Assembly (NCBI GenBank): GCA_016845345.1
Contig: JAERSV010000080.1
Span: 8,750 to 72,749 of the forward strand
Direction: 5' to 3'
From: Methanobacteriota archaeon
GTDB lineage: Archaea > Thermoplasmatota > Poseidoniia > Poseidoniales > Thalassarchaeaceae
Length of the DNA: 64,000 nt
A model generated the notes under the pieces. It had not been told where the DNA came from, did no database searches, and saw only the letters and a program-made list of their open reading frames with translations. The position numbers were made by a program, and so were the translations under genes. Positions 47,301 through 57,300 of the stretch are shown piece by piece (the first letter of the stretch is position 1; each line of letters begins with the position of its first letter).

Positions 47301-49172
47301 CGATAAACAATTATTTCCAGTCAACGTGCTGTTACCCAACTTTGAGTCAAGAGTTCTGCCAGTCCACTGAATTCCTGAATGGTTCCCATAAAGATTGATT
47401 CCCTCGAGTCTTGCATCGGTGTCATCAAGCAAAATGACCGGGGCTGTTGCCGATAGATTTGCATAGATTTCAGCGCCATCAATATCGACCCAGCCGTCCC
47501 AGTTCATGTTTGAATCATCAATGATTATCGCTGACTGACCTTGAACTACATTAGGGTCATGAACTTCCAAATCCACAAATTGAATATCGACTGAATCCTG
47601 AACCCTTAGGGCTGCCCAATTATCATCAATTGATTTACATTGAACGCATTGTACATTAGTTCCTGTAAACATACCATATTGATTACTTTCAACAAAAACC
47701 ATCCCTGCACCATTCTGAGCACTAGCGGCGGAATAGCCATTAGAACGGGATTCAAAGTTTTGCAAGGCTAACCTATTTGAGTTACTTACGCGTAACCCTG
47801 AAAAGCCATTATTTTGTGATAAAATGTTTGAAATAGACGGGAATGCATCTTGAACAAGTAATCCTTCGTTTCCGTTATTTTCAGTGACCCAGTCTGACCC
47901 ACTAACATCACCTTTAGAAACAAATATTCCAACTCCGGGAGACTCTGAAACGGTTAGATTTTGGATTGATGGCCCACCGTTACTACTACTACGCATGAAG
48001 AACCCTGCACGCTCGTTTGTACCCCCTATGAGCGCACCAGAACGCGTTATTGAGGTGTTTATGAAACTCGTAGATGGGTCGGTCATGTACATTTTTACAC
48101 CGTTGATTGTATTATCATGGATATTCAAATTCTCAAACCAACCACCACTAGTGTTGAGGAAAACTGTTCCATATGCCAAACCAGGAGATGATGAGTTTGG
48201 TCCACCTGTTCCAAATACTTCCAAATTGTGGAATCGCCCCATCATGTAGGTTGAATAATTTGAACGGTCTGTTTTTGTCATCATAACTGCAGAATATTGT
48301 GAGTCACCAATTACAACATTTCTAACAACGGGGCGAGTGATTAGGTTATCAGTCGCGTGAAGAACATAAATTCCATTATCACACTTTGAGATGATGACGT
48401 CTTCAATTAGCGGTAGAGAATCTTCAACGAAGATTGCTGCTGAAATATTCATTGTTGCCCCACCTACATTGGTGATATTTACACCACGAATGACACCACC
48501 ACTATTCCCCCAAAATGAAATTGCGCGTGTGATTTGACTTGTGAAGTTGACATCTTCAACAAATGGTGCTGAACCTGCGCCGATAGAAAGCCCGATTCCA
48601 TAGCGCCAATTGGTCATGCTTCCATGTACATCTTGGCCTCCTCCTGCAAATGTGGTTCGTCGAATAACTGGGTTCGACCAATCAAACAAATCGATTGCAA
48701 CTAAGTCAACATTGTTGAATAAAACATCCTCAATAACTGGATCACTATTGAAAATCGTAATGCCAAATTGAGCATCATTGAAGGTTACATTTCTCAGGGA
48801 TGAGCCCCGATTACGGCTGGATGAATTGAATTGAAATCCATCGTGCCAAGTGAATCCTGATTGAACTTGGAGAGTAATTGGGTCAGCAGCAGTACCATCG
48901 GCTACAACTTTTCCATCAACATAAATCCGAACGCCTGGACCCATTTGTAGAGTTGTCCCGGCATAAATTCGTAATTCATCACCTGCGGCAACTGTGAAGT
49001 CATTGTTGATATCCATCGTGCCTGACCAAATTATCAACGCCTTTGAGGAAGTAGACAGAGATTCATCATCGGAAACTAATTGTGAATTTTCATCAACTGG
49101 TAAAACAGATACAAGTGAGGTAAGTGTCATCATCATCGAGAAGATGATAGCAGTTCTCACACCTCTAGCCAT
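44352..49172 (-). CDS. Giant (1606 aa) surface protein with signal peptide, N-terminal right-handed parallel beta-helix repeats, multiple Ig/PKD-like domains, a C-terminal TM and an acidic cytoplasmic tail
   Basis: It has repetitive short-beta-strand segments rich in N/G/S/T/V (NVTFNDAQFGITIFNSDPVIEDVLFNNVDLVAIDLFDWSNPVIRRTTFAG and similar). Its downstream repeats are of the form (D/N)xD...W..D..G. The TM helix is VAIILGLLGLAVGGGVIYTF and the tail is DEDGDSPFDEDSD.... Confidence 0.65.
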   Translation of the reverse strand: MARGVRTAIIFSMMMTLTSLVSVLPVDENSQLVSDDESLSTSSKALIIWSGTMDINNDFTVAAGDELRIYAGTTLQMGPGVRIYVDGKVVADGTAADPITLQVQSGFTWHDGFQFNSSSRNRGSSLRNVTFNDAQFGITIFNSDPVIEDVLFNNVDLVAIDLFDWSNPVIRRTTFAGGGQDVHGSMTNWRYGIGLSIGAGSAPFVEDVNFTSQITRAISFWGNSGGVIRGVNITNVGGATMNISAAIFVEDSLPLIEDVIISKCDNGIYVLHATDNLITRPVVRNVVIGDSQYSAVMMTKTDRSNYSTYMMGRFHNLEVFGTGGPNSSSPGLAYGTVFLNTSGGWFENLNIHDNTINGVKMYMTDPSTSFINTSITRSGALIGGTNERAGFFMRSSSNGGPSIQNLTVSESPGVGIFVSKGDVSGSDWVTENNGNEGLLVQDAFPSISNILSQNNGFSGLRVSNSNRLALQNFESRSNGYSAASAQNGAGMVFVESNQYGMFTGTNVQCVQCKSIDDNWAALRVQDSVDIQFVDLEVHDPNVVQGQSAIIIDDSNMNWDGWVDIDGAEIYANLSATAPVILLDDTDARLEGINLYGNHSGIQWTGRTLDSKLGNSTLTGNNCLSVSNLPKLNTWGLDVSGCTGSVAISGSDLNLTDYVQGSVPFSITGQSYVRSISSQVTIPSLAPSVTFDEMWFVDLWVVNQFSHGLPYAMVNASFSQFESDFSITVPYGGNQLLGPFVGQRHTLTGSSAVTDFSTECWYDNTQGTTGPDALNQDLMMHLCTITLVNQPPLILWDEPLNGTVTSSGAEIWFNASNSWDLDNDPITFQWTSDIDGDTSVFCNPFMGGVVPGDMLVNGPNAGQGQGGCTLVDGEHQITLQVCDDQGNCASETRTIEFVNLPPSVIVQTTPPLDWDGVLRLNYTENLHVNASDTTDAEGDLIQTGEWTEYEQAGIGVTTNYPLEWNRTFEFAPSREFTYTMAFSDGLNPIVYYNISVEVQNEYPHPSFTVNRDSNFSQSIVTFDGSASFDPEGDEIDAWWNSDIDGDLNTSMTTPLIWTGYLSQGTHTISLRLSDDDSYHINQWSTPFEVEVEVLNSPPLSHIESPSPSDSIESADLVLFSAYGSGDWDAPCAEAFPEMSTGWLCNPGSPSMPDTVTPEWTSSLLSEPFGGDWQVEARLPSGTNVVTLTVSDGVNTPVTDSITIEVSTSAPILVLSSPDDGIEVVSNEVVLFDPQQSWDPDGDNFTFSVTSNLLSEPILDAVSPNFWYSRYVPSGDHTLTYTVTDETGMSRNETRSLKVLASPPMAIISSPQEGETISPGANIFLNANESWDADEDIILYRWYLGQGASAVLLNETEMGNQTLAPGTQLISLQVKDSRGSSTWAFVNITVEDSWPVLDDLLVEPGTLTAGVESIITTRAFVLDADMTTWECVGWASQGGIETEFSLSDDGANPDDVASDSTWTGQVRVTPGRDGWVNIEVICRDGPQEEPHLSNRLSSTIRVEGASQQSSFFDVIMDSTVAIILGLLGLAVGGGVIYTFSRKRRLAADLQMIESWGVGGFGDEDGDSPFDEDSDTIGPVGDEKPLDFTEEVDGEQKSDDDIPSMVELD

Positions 49173-49279
49173 ACTAAGACCACGCCTCGCACACCATGTT
49201 TGATGATTCCCCTCTTGTGTCTTGTTAGAAAGTCAGGGGAAATATGTGTTCAGTTTACCTAAATTCTGAAAAAATTTGC

Positions 49280-49729
49280 TCAATCAACTGCAACAACGGT
49301 GAAAGGAATTCCACGCTCCTCTGCCATTTCAATCACAATTCTAGTCCACTTACTCGTAGGTGAGGGAAAGGCGATGAGATCAGTTGCTGCATCAAGCAAA
49401 CGATGGGTAAGAGATGTGGGTGCTTCGGTGCGACCTGCATCCTCCAATCCCTTTCTTGGGGAACCCCATTCTTCATTGAAAACCGCGTGCGGGACATTGT
49501 TGTTTTCAGCCCATCGTTCGGCTAGGTAATCTACCCCACTCGCGCCACCTGTGATGACTAAATCAGGGTGGGCTTCTTTCTCGGTCCATTCTTCAAGCGC
49601 TTCTTCCACAACAGAGAAATCATAAAATCTGCTTGAACCCACTATTACGAGATTAATTATTCTCCCATCTTCATTCAAATCCCTGCCACCGAGGCGGCCT
49701 AAGACATCACTACCTGATTCCCCCATCAT
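49280..49729 (-). CDS. DUF2493/SLOG-family Rossmann-like protein (tentative)
   Basis: The pattern VIVGSSRF...VITGGASGVDYLAERWAENNNVPHAVFNEEWGSP...AGRTEAPTSL...AFP resembles DUF2493. The start was chosen at the MMGESG Met. Confidence 0.4.
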   Translation of the reverse strand: MMGESGSDVLGRLGGRDLNEDGRIINLVIVGSSRFYDFSVVEEALEEWTEKEAHPDLVITGGASGVDYLAERWAENNNVPHAVFNEEWGSPRKGLEDAGRTEAPTSLTHRLLDAATDLIAFPSPTSKWTRIVIEMAEERGIPFTVVAVD

Positions 49730-49859
49730 TCTGAGGTATAGAGGTGCGAGATGATAAACCCATGTATGGAACACGGGGATTCTGAGCAAAATTATACTCT
49801 TCAAAGACACCTTCTACTAACAGATGAGATTATGATGGGGTGGTCAGTCGGCGGCAAAC

Positions 49860-50093
49860 ATGGAGACGGCTTTCATCCTCCTAAAAACCGAGCCGGCCCG
49901 CGAAAGAGAGGTATATTCATCCCTCGTTGATCTCGCTGAAGTGGTTGAAACACACGCCCTTTACGGCGAATACGATTTACTTGCAATTGTTAAGTGTGAA
50001 AACTCAAAAAATTTGACTTCTATTCTGATGAAGCAGTTGCGCCAAATTGACGGTGTACGCGAAACTGAGACACTAATTGCGGTGGATTATTGA
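49860..50093 (+). CDS. Stand-alone RAM domain protein (Lrp/AsnC C-terminal ligand-binding domain)
   Basis: It is 77 aa long with a ferredoxin-like betaalphabeta-betaalphabeta pattern (ILLKTEP...VETHALYGEYDLLAIVKCE). Confidence 0.6.
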   Translation: METAFILLKTEPAREREVYSSLVDLAEVVETHALYGEYDLLAIVKCENSKNLTSILMKQLRQIDGVRETETLIAVDY

Positions 50094-50099
50094 GGTGAT

Positions 50100-50336
50100 A
50101 TGATGGCTGTCGGATTTGTTCTAATTATTACTAAAGCGGGATTTGAGCGAGATGTTCGCTCAGCCCTTGACAGCATTGAACTCGTCACTGGGCGCTGGGG
50201 CGTTTTCGGTGAATTTGACATCATCACCAAAATCGAGGCTGATGATGATGCTGCCCTTACCCGCTGTATTGTAGAAAATATCCGAACCATCGAGGGGATT
50301 ACCGAAACTCGAACTTTAATTGGCGCAGAAATCTAA
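50100..50336 (+). CDS. Second stand-alone RAM domain protein (tandem paralogue)
   Basis: It is 78 aa with the same fold pattern (VLIITKAG...GRWGVFGEFDIITKIEADD). It starts 7 nt after the first. Confidence 0.6.
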   Translation: MMAVGFVLIITKAGFERDVRSALDSIELVTGRWGVFGEFDIITKIEADDDAALTRCIVENIRTIEGITETRTLIGAEI

Positions 50337-52102
50337 GAATCATGCAAGTGGCTATGGATTCTTTTCGCTAATTCCTTTCCAATCCCAGGGACTTGGATTA
50401 GGTCAACTAGACTTGCATGGTCAATGCCTTTTCTCCCTCCAAAGTGTCTGAGAAGCGCCTGCAATTTTTTGGCACCTAAGCCTTCAACCTCCTCTAAGGG
50501 GTCAAGTAAAGCGGTTTTCCCTCTTCTTTTCCTGTGAAATTTATTGACAAAACGATGAGCTTCGTCACGAGCATATACCAGTAATCGACCTCGCCTATCG
50601 AGTACCACTGGAGATTTCCCTCTACGGTACAATGTCTCTTCTTTTTTGGCTAGTGCAGCAAGTGGAATACGCTCTTTCAAACCATGTTTTTCAAGTAGGT
50701 CAGAAATTGTTGAAAGATGCGTTTCACCACCGTCAATAAGTAGTAAATCAGGCCATTCATCTTGGCGTTTTAACCACCTCTCTACTACCTCTCTCATCAT
50801 CCTGAGGTCGTCGAATACTTCTCCTTTAACACGAAATGTGCGATATTCCTTTTTATCTGGTCTACCGCCTCGCAGTGTCACACATGCACCTACTTTTTCT
50901 GACCCTTGAAGTTGTGCCATATCAAAGCAAACTACGACATCTAATGACTCCATCCCTAGGTACTCTGCTGCTTCCACAGCCGAGCGATTTTCAAGATTTC
51001 CAGCGGCTCGCTTATCAACAGCCCTTTGAGCCTGCATCTCAGCATTTTGGTCTGCTAATGCCCTGAGAGTTGCTAACTCACCGCGGATTGGAACTCTGAC
51101 TTCAACAGCACCATTTCGACGCTCTTTCAACCAATCTTGTAGTTGCTGACCAATCGGTGTTGGAGTGAGAATTTTGGCTGGTGGTCGACGCGAAAAATAG
51201 TGTTCGGATAAGATGAGACTTATGGATTCTGAAACATCTCCTCTGTGCAAGAGTGGATAGTGTGTTTTTCCAGTAACTACTCCTTGTTTTGCGTGCAGAA
51301 ATACTACTGCACCAAGGTCGCCACGGCTACCAAATCCAATGGCGTCTACATCTTGATAAAACCTGCTTGAAACCACTTTTTTTGACAGTGTTCTCTGAAC
51401 TGATGCGATTATGTCGCGGCTTCTTGCCGCCTCTTCATATTGCATTTGTTCGCTTGCTGAATCCATATCCTCTTGCAATGTGGTCAGAAGTGACTCAGCA
51501 TTTCCTTCCATCACTTGAGTAACCGCCTCAACTTGTTGATCATATCCTGTTGCATCAATACAAGGTGCGGAACACAATCCAATATGCATTGCCAAACAGC
51601 CTTGCGGTAGTAAAGTAGGGCAATCCCTGACCCCGAATTGGCGTCTCAATAGTTGGATTACTCGTTTGGCTGCCCCTGCATCAGGAAATGGCCCCCACAA
51701 CCTCGAATTTTTCGGGGGATGGCGCGTGTAAATGATTCGCGGCACTTCTTCATCTGTGATAGCGATAAATGGATATGATTTATCATCGGTCATCAATGAG
51801 TTGTATTTTGGTTTATGACTACGAATAAGTTCACGCTCTAATGTTAGCGCTTCGCGCGGATTTGGAGTTACAATACAATCTACGTTGTCAGCCTCCTCAA
51901 CCATTTTAGGTATCATATTACGGTCCGGATTAGTTGAAAAATAAGATTTCACCCGCTCTTTCAATACTGTTGCTTTACCAACATACAGGACTCTTCCATC
52001 GTCGCGCTTGAAGAGATATACACCCGGCTTTGAGGGCAGATGCAACTTCGATGCATCCACCGACATTAGACAATCGGGGAAGGTGAAGGGAAATGAACCC
52101 AC
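50333..52102 (-). CDS. uvrC: UvrC excinuclease subunit
   Basis: It has an N-terminal GIY-YIG (PGVYLFKRDDGRVLYVGKATVLKERVKSYF) and a C-terminal HhH (VPGIGKELAKRIHSHL). The true start may be the MSVDASK Met at 52066. Confidence 0.85.
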   Translation of the reverse strand: MGSFPFTFPDCLMSVDASKLHLPSKPGVYLFKRDDGRVLYVGKATVLKERVKSYFSTNPDRNMIPKMVEEADNVDCIVTPNPREALTLERELIRSHKPKYNSLMTDDKSYPFIAITDEEVPRIIYTRHPPKNSRLWGPFPDAGAAKRVIQLLRRQFGVRDCPTLLPQGCLAMHIGLCSAPCIDATGYDQQVEAVTQVMEGNAESLLTTLQEDMDSASEQMQYEEAARSRDIIASVQRTLSKKVVSSRFYQDVDAIGFGSRGDLGAVVFLHAKQGVVTGKTHYPLLHRGDVSESISLILSEHYFSRRPPAKILTPTPIGQQLQDWLKERRNGAVEVRVPIRGELATLRALADQNAEMQAQRAVDKRAAGNLENRSAVEAAEYLGMESLDVVVCFDMAQLQGSEKVGACVTLRGGRPDKKEYRTFRVKGEVFDDLRMMREVVERWLKRQDEWPDLLLIDGGETHLSTISDLLEKHGLKERIPLAALAKKEETLYRRGKSPVVLDRRGRLLVYARDEAHRFVNKFHRKRRGKTALLDPLEEVEGLGAKKLQALLRHFGGRKGIDHASLVDLIQVPGIGKELAKRIHSHLHDS

Positions 52103-54312
52103 GCCTTGCCTCGCAATCCATGCTCACCGAGGCGCAGACCAGACTTCTGCGACTTCTGTCTACATTCCCTGACACATTGGAGGGTGCTTGGGATGTGCCT
52201 CGTGAACTCTCCCTTCCCGGTTTAGCAGACCAGTTAGGCGTAGTGCGCTCAGCACTGAATCCACCTATTTCTTCACTAGAAAAGGATGGGCTTGTCCATA
52301 CTCGAAAAACCCATGTCATTGGTGGGGGGCATAGGAAACGAACGGTTGTACATATTACTGAAAAAGGCCGAAAAATGGTTGCAGAATTAGAACCAGAAGA
52401 TGAAATAGAAACAAGTGGAGAAATTCAAGGGCAAATGCCAGGACTCACACATATTCACGGTAGGGAAAAATTCCTTCTTGAAATGATGGATGTGCTGGAG
52501 AATGGTGCGACATTACAAGTTGTGGGGCTGCCAGGAATTGGGAAAACCTCGCTGCTAAGAGTATTGGCGGAAAATGCACTTTCTGATGGCTGGAATGTGA
52601 ATTGGATAACAGTGCAATCATTCCATGATGTTGGCAGATTTTCGTCTGAGTTATTGGCTGTTGAAGATGGACCGAAGGATGTCGAGGCAGCCTTTTCGGC
52701 AGTGCTTGAAATTGCTAAGAAAAAATTGTTTGTAGTTGATGAACTACAAGCAGTACACGAGCGTCATAAAGCCGATGTGATGGCTTTGCTGGAGATATTA
52801 GCAGAGAGTGATGATGTCACTCTTGCCATCGGTTGTAGAGCCCCATCGCCAATCCCAACTGGAACTATTTTCAAAATAGATGAAATCTCAGAAGATGATG
52901 CAAGAAAGTTACTTCCCGATGACTTAGATGAATCTATTGCCCAGCAAGTGATTAGTGGTCTTGGCGGTCATCCTTTAGCACTGAAACTATGGCAACCGGG
53001 TCATTCGCTTCCAGAAGCAGATGACCGAATTCAAGAATTTATTCGCACTGATGTGGTGGAAAAACTGCCTTCTGAGGAAATTTCAACTTTAGATGAATTG
53101 GCCGCCTCACCCTTGCCGATTTTGGCCGACCAAATGTCCAACGATGAAGGTGTCGAGCCTCTTGATGAGGCGGCATTGTTGCGCTGGAGTGGTGAAGCAC
53201 TCGAACTTCAACATCTTGTGAGGAATGTTCGTCGCACTATGTGGAAGGAAAACGAAGCGAAAGAAATTCACTCTTCGGCAGCAACACATTGGGCTAAAAG
53301 GATTGAACCAGAAGCAAGACTGCATGAGGCTCATCACAGGGTTCAAGCAGCAAATTCAGAATCTGGAGATGAATTGTCTATCTCTCTTGAAGATGGAATA
53401 CAAGATATGCTAACAATTGATTCTGCTGCCGCGGCTGCAATCATTTCAGATGCCATCAAAATTCTTCCGGATGCTCATCGTTTACGCTTATTGTCAGCAA
53501 AAGTTGCTATCGAAAGAGGCGAGGGTGAAATCGCTGAAAAGGAATTGAGCCATTGTGAAAAAGACCTACAAAAAGAAACACAATGGCGATTGCTCAGCGC
53601 CCGTATCAAGAGATTACATGGAGAATTTGATGAAGCAAAAAAAGAGGAGAAATTAATCCTCAAAGAAGCAGACCCAACTCTAGCCTCAAAAATTCGGCTC
53701 AACCGTTTAATCCTCGGACTCGAGGATAGACTGCCCGGAACAACCGACGAAAAAACCCGGGAGGCTGTTGAAAAAGAAATTTCAGACGTTGACCTCTCTG
53801 CTTTAACTGCAAACAATCGAAAAGCGGCTTTGGTCACAATTGCTGCTATCCGCCACTCATTAGCCCTAGAATCTGGAAATCCAGAAGTGGCGGCAAAAAT
53901 CCGCACTGATTTAGCAACTACTGCCAGCCCCAATGACCCTGTGATTGAGGAAATGTCTGCCCGTGCCGCCTTGGTCTTTGGAGGTGACCAGGGCCGTGTC
54001 ATGAGTCTTATCTCAAGAACCAGTAACCCCCTCAGGAGATGTGCTTTAGGGCTACTATTGGTCAACCATGCTCACCAACAAAAGGACTCGGAAATTGCCG
54101 AAATATTGGCCGCAGTTGAACACCCTCCCGATATGGGTACGACAACCGCTAGGCGCTTATCTGCACAACACTGGTATTGGCGCGGATTGGTTGATTCTAG
54201 ACAACGCGTGAAATGCTGGCAAGAAGCATTGCACCGATTTGGCATGGCTGAATGTGCAAATGCATACATCCAATTACAACACAAACTTCACGATGCTATG
54301 CGTCATATCTGA
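52093..54312 (+). CDS. N-terminal winged-HTH + P-loop NTPase + C-terminal alpha-helical (TPR-like) repeat protein (STAND-like)
   Basis: The wHTH is SLPGLADQLGVVRSALNPPISSLEKDGLVHTRK. Walker A is VVGLPGIGKTSLLRVLAE and Walker B is KLFVVDELQAVH. It is divergent from uvrC, and the predicted starts overlap. Confidence 0.55.
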   Translation: MNPRLASQSMLTEAQTRLLRLLSTFPDTLEGAWDVPRELSLPGLADQLGVVRSALNPPISSLEKDGLVHTRKTHVIGGGHRKRTVVHITEKGRKMVAELEPEDEIETSGEIQGQMPGLTHIHGREKFLLEMMDVLENGATLQVVGLPGIGKTSLLRVLAENALSDGWNVNWITVQSFHDVGRFSSELLAVEDGPKDVEAAFSAVLEIAKKKLFVVDELQAVHERHKADVMALLEILAESDDVTLAIGCRAPSPIPTGTIFKIDEISEDDARKLLPDDLDESIAQQVISGLGGHPLALKLWQPGHSLPEADDRIQEFIRTDVVEKLPSEEISTLDELAASPLPILADQMSNDEGVEPLDEAALLRWSGEALELQHLVRNVRRTMWKENEAKEIHSSAATHWAKRIEPEARLHEAHHRVQAANSESGDELSISLEDGIQDMLTIDSAAAAAIISDAIKILPDAHRLRLLSAKVAIERGEGEIAEKELSHCEKDLQKETQWRLLSARIKRLHGEFDEAKKEEKLILKEADPTLASKIRLNRLILGLEDRLPGTTDEKTREAVEKEISDVDLSALTANNRKAALVTIAAIRHSLALESGNPEVAAKIRTDLATTASPNDPVIEEMSARAALVFGGDQGRVMSLISRTSNPLRRCALGLLLVNHAHQQKDSEIAEILAAVEHPPDMGTTTARRLSAQHWYWRGLVDSRQRVKCWQEALHRFGMAECANAYIQLQHKLHDAMRHI

Positions 54313-54335
54313 TGAAAACTAATATTTTCTTAGAT

Positions 54336-57300
54336 TCACCAATTGTCATCGTCTAAATCGATACCTGCAGTCCAATCAATGTCAGCACCACTTCCACTTG
54401 TTGCACTTGTGGGAGAAATCCCGAGTAATTCTCTCTCAACCTCATAGGTATTTGACTTGGCAGAACGTACCTGAATTAGAGTCTGTTCTTTTGCTAACCG
54501 CTTTCTCTTCTTGCGTCTTGAACGCAGATAAAATAATATGAAAATTATTGCCAAAAGTACAAACAAATATGACATCAATTCTTGGATTATGAATCCATAA
54601 CCAACAGTGAATTGCAGACTGACTTCGTCGCTTTGCTCGGCTTCACAATTATTGGTATTTTCACCTATACAAAGTGGTGCGCGATACAAAATATGTTGTC
54701 GATTTCCTTCAACTGTATTCTGCTCATCCCTACCTAATGAAGATGTAAACTCCAAATGCAAACCTGCTGGCATGGTTAACTCAAAAACCAAAGCAGGTCG
54801 AATCACCAAATCTTGGTCATTGTTTGAGTTGCCATCCATATTAGAGTCAGTTCCACTATCAACATCTTCTACCATAAATATTGGTGAAACTTCTTCGACA
54901 ACCGGCTCAGGAGGTAATGTAACCACGCCATCAGATTCCCCAGCATTTCGGATATTAAAGACATCTAACATTCCATTCATCAACGATGGAATCGCCCCCT
55001 GTGCTGAGGATGTGCTGATAGTAATTGCACCGTCGAGGTATTTTGCTCTAATCATGGTTTTATCTAATTGCAAAATGAACTTAATTGGCTTATCGTCATT
55101 GATGATACCGTTATATGGCCTCTCCATTCTATCAACTGAAGCAGAAAAGTGAAGACTAGAAAGGTCCACAGTCAATAGATCGTCTGATTCTTGCATAGTT
55201 GAGATTTTATCATTCATCATATCAGAAAGTGAGTTCGCAAATGCTTGTAAACCATCATTTGAAAGCTCAAGTTGGTGTATTTCGTCTCCTAAGGGAACCT
55301 CAATTGTTTTGCCGAGTAATCCGTTAACACCGCCCTCCTGCTCATCACCATATGCAATTATGTGGCGGATTAAATCTGAAGGAATCGTTTCGATTTCTAA
55401 TCCTGTATCCTCAATCAAAACTTGTGGAACTTCTATCCTATACAACTCAACTGAAATCTGTCCTTCCACTGCCAATTCAATTTCTTGGCTCCACTCATGA
55501 ACCTCAAATTCGGGGAGATGAAGAACGGTGTGTATTTTGATACAAGAACGCCAATCTGATTGACAAATCAAGTCAGGGCTGGAATCACTACACGCGGCTG
55601 AAACATCGCAAATCGGATCACTCCAATGACGATGATATGGATTTGGCCCAGTTATCGCCAAGGGTGTTTCCTCACCGCTTGCACTAGATGCAGAAAGAGT
55701 GATTGAACGCGGATCACCCACATCAGAAGAAATCCAATCAGGAAGTAATATTGTGACTTCAATTTCAGTTGGGGGTAACCAATCTGGTAGACTATCGGAA
55801 ATGAATGAGGTGTCGAACTGATGTTGATAAACAAGTACTGAGAGTAATGCAGAGACATCTTCTTGTGGTATTGAAGTGATATTCTCTAATCCACTTTGCC
55901 CTGAAATGAGATTTGTTAATTTCTCTAGAGGGTCTGCCGAAAATGGTTCACTAGAAGTGACCAAAGTAACAGGGAAGGAACCGTCCATCGCACTGCCCCC
56001 ACTCAAACAATGGGTGACAGGGACTAATTCAGCACAAGTAACACTTGGTGTGTGGGTGAAATTCAAACCTCCAGAAGCGTCTGCTTGTTTCCAAGTTGCA
56101 GGATTCATGCCAATTTCTATTTCAGATGCGTTAAGAATTGCTGACTCCACATCTTGTAGTGGAATCATTTCTGAGAAATCGTCTAAATCAAGTAAGCCAT
56201 ATTCATGAGCCATTCGGATCCCATCACTTGTAATCCATGGCAATTGAATATTGCCATCTCCAAGAGAAAAACCCCAATCATCTAATACTGTTTTAGGTAG
56301 ATAATGAATATCCATTTCAGCATTAACCCTACTATTTGTTGCATCTCTTAGGTCCACTTCAGCATAAATTGAAATTCCGTGGTCCACATACTGGTCAATA
56401 GATACTGCAGAGGTTGTACCATCACGCAATACACTGATAATTGAGGCATTAATCAGAGTATTTTCGTTCCCTTGCATGCTCAATCCATCGGTAACCCATA
56501 AGCCTGAATTGTATTGCACATTTCCTTGCTGATGTGGAATTAAAGTACCACCTCCGCCAACTGATGAGAATGTTGCGTAATTTGGTGGAATTAACTCAAA
56601 TGTGGAGCGATGCCCTGCTCTAGCAACTAAAGTGAAGTTTGAGGTTACTTCTGCACCCATAGTGAGTAGTCCTTGGAATCCTCTCTCTACATCGAGATCT
56701 GAACCTGAAAGCCCTAGAATATCCGAGTCGATTTGGATTTGGGCAACCGAGCGCAAGCACAATGGTGGATTGAATGCATTATTGGGTAAGCCGAAAACTT
56801 CGTCTATTGAATCCTCATTCATATCGTCAGTACAAGCAATATTCTGCCCCTCAATTGTCACCTGATTGACGATTTGGCTCTCCACTTGAGCAGAACCGCC
56901 ATAGGTGTCGTTCACCAAACTTTCAACTGTGGCTGAAAACTCATTGAGAATGAGTTGTCGCACCTGTAATCCTGAATTCGTCGTGTAACCTAGATAATTT
57001 CGAATATAATCTACAGGTGCGCCACTGTTATTCATATCAAAGCCACCTCCTAAATCCATATCTTGCAGACCAATTACTGAACGATTAAATTCATGCAATT
57101 CCCATTCAAGAGTCATCGTGATAGATGTTGTATTGTGCATCTCAAAATGATAATTTGAGCGCACCCATTCATTAGACTGAGTCAAATCATGAGCAAAATT
57201 GTAGTCATCACAAATTCCAGTCCCATTGTTCCAAGTTGCACAATAGGTATTGGTCACTTCTGGAGTTCCAGGAGGAGGCTCAGCAAGAACAGGTAGGGAT

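Noticed and set aside
52066-52120. 10-nt overlap of divergent uvrC and wHTH-NTPase starts
   Set aside because: It is probably an artefact of taking the first Met. Downstream Mets (MSVDAS at 52066; MLTEAQ at 52120) give a normal ~50-nt divergent promoter, so no genuine overlap is claimed.
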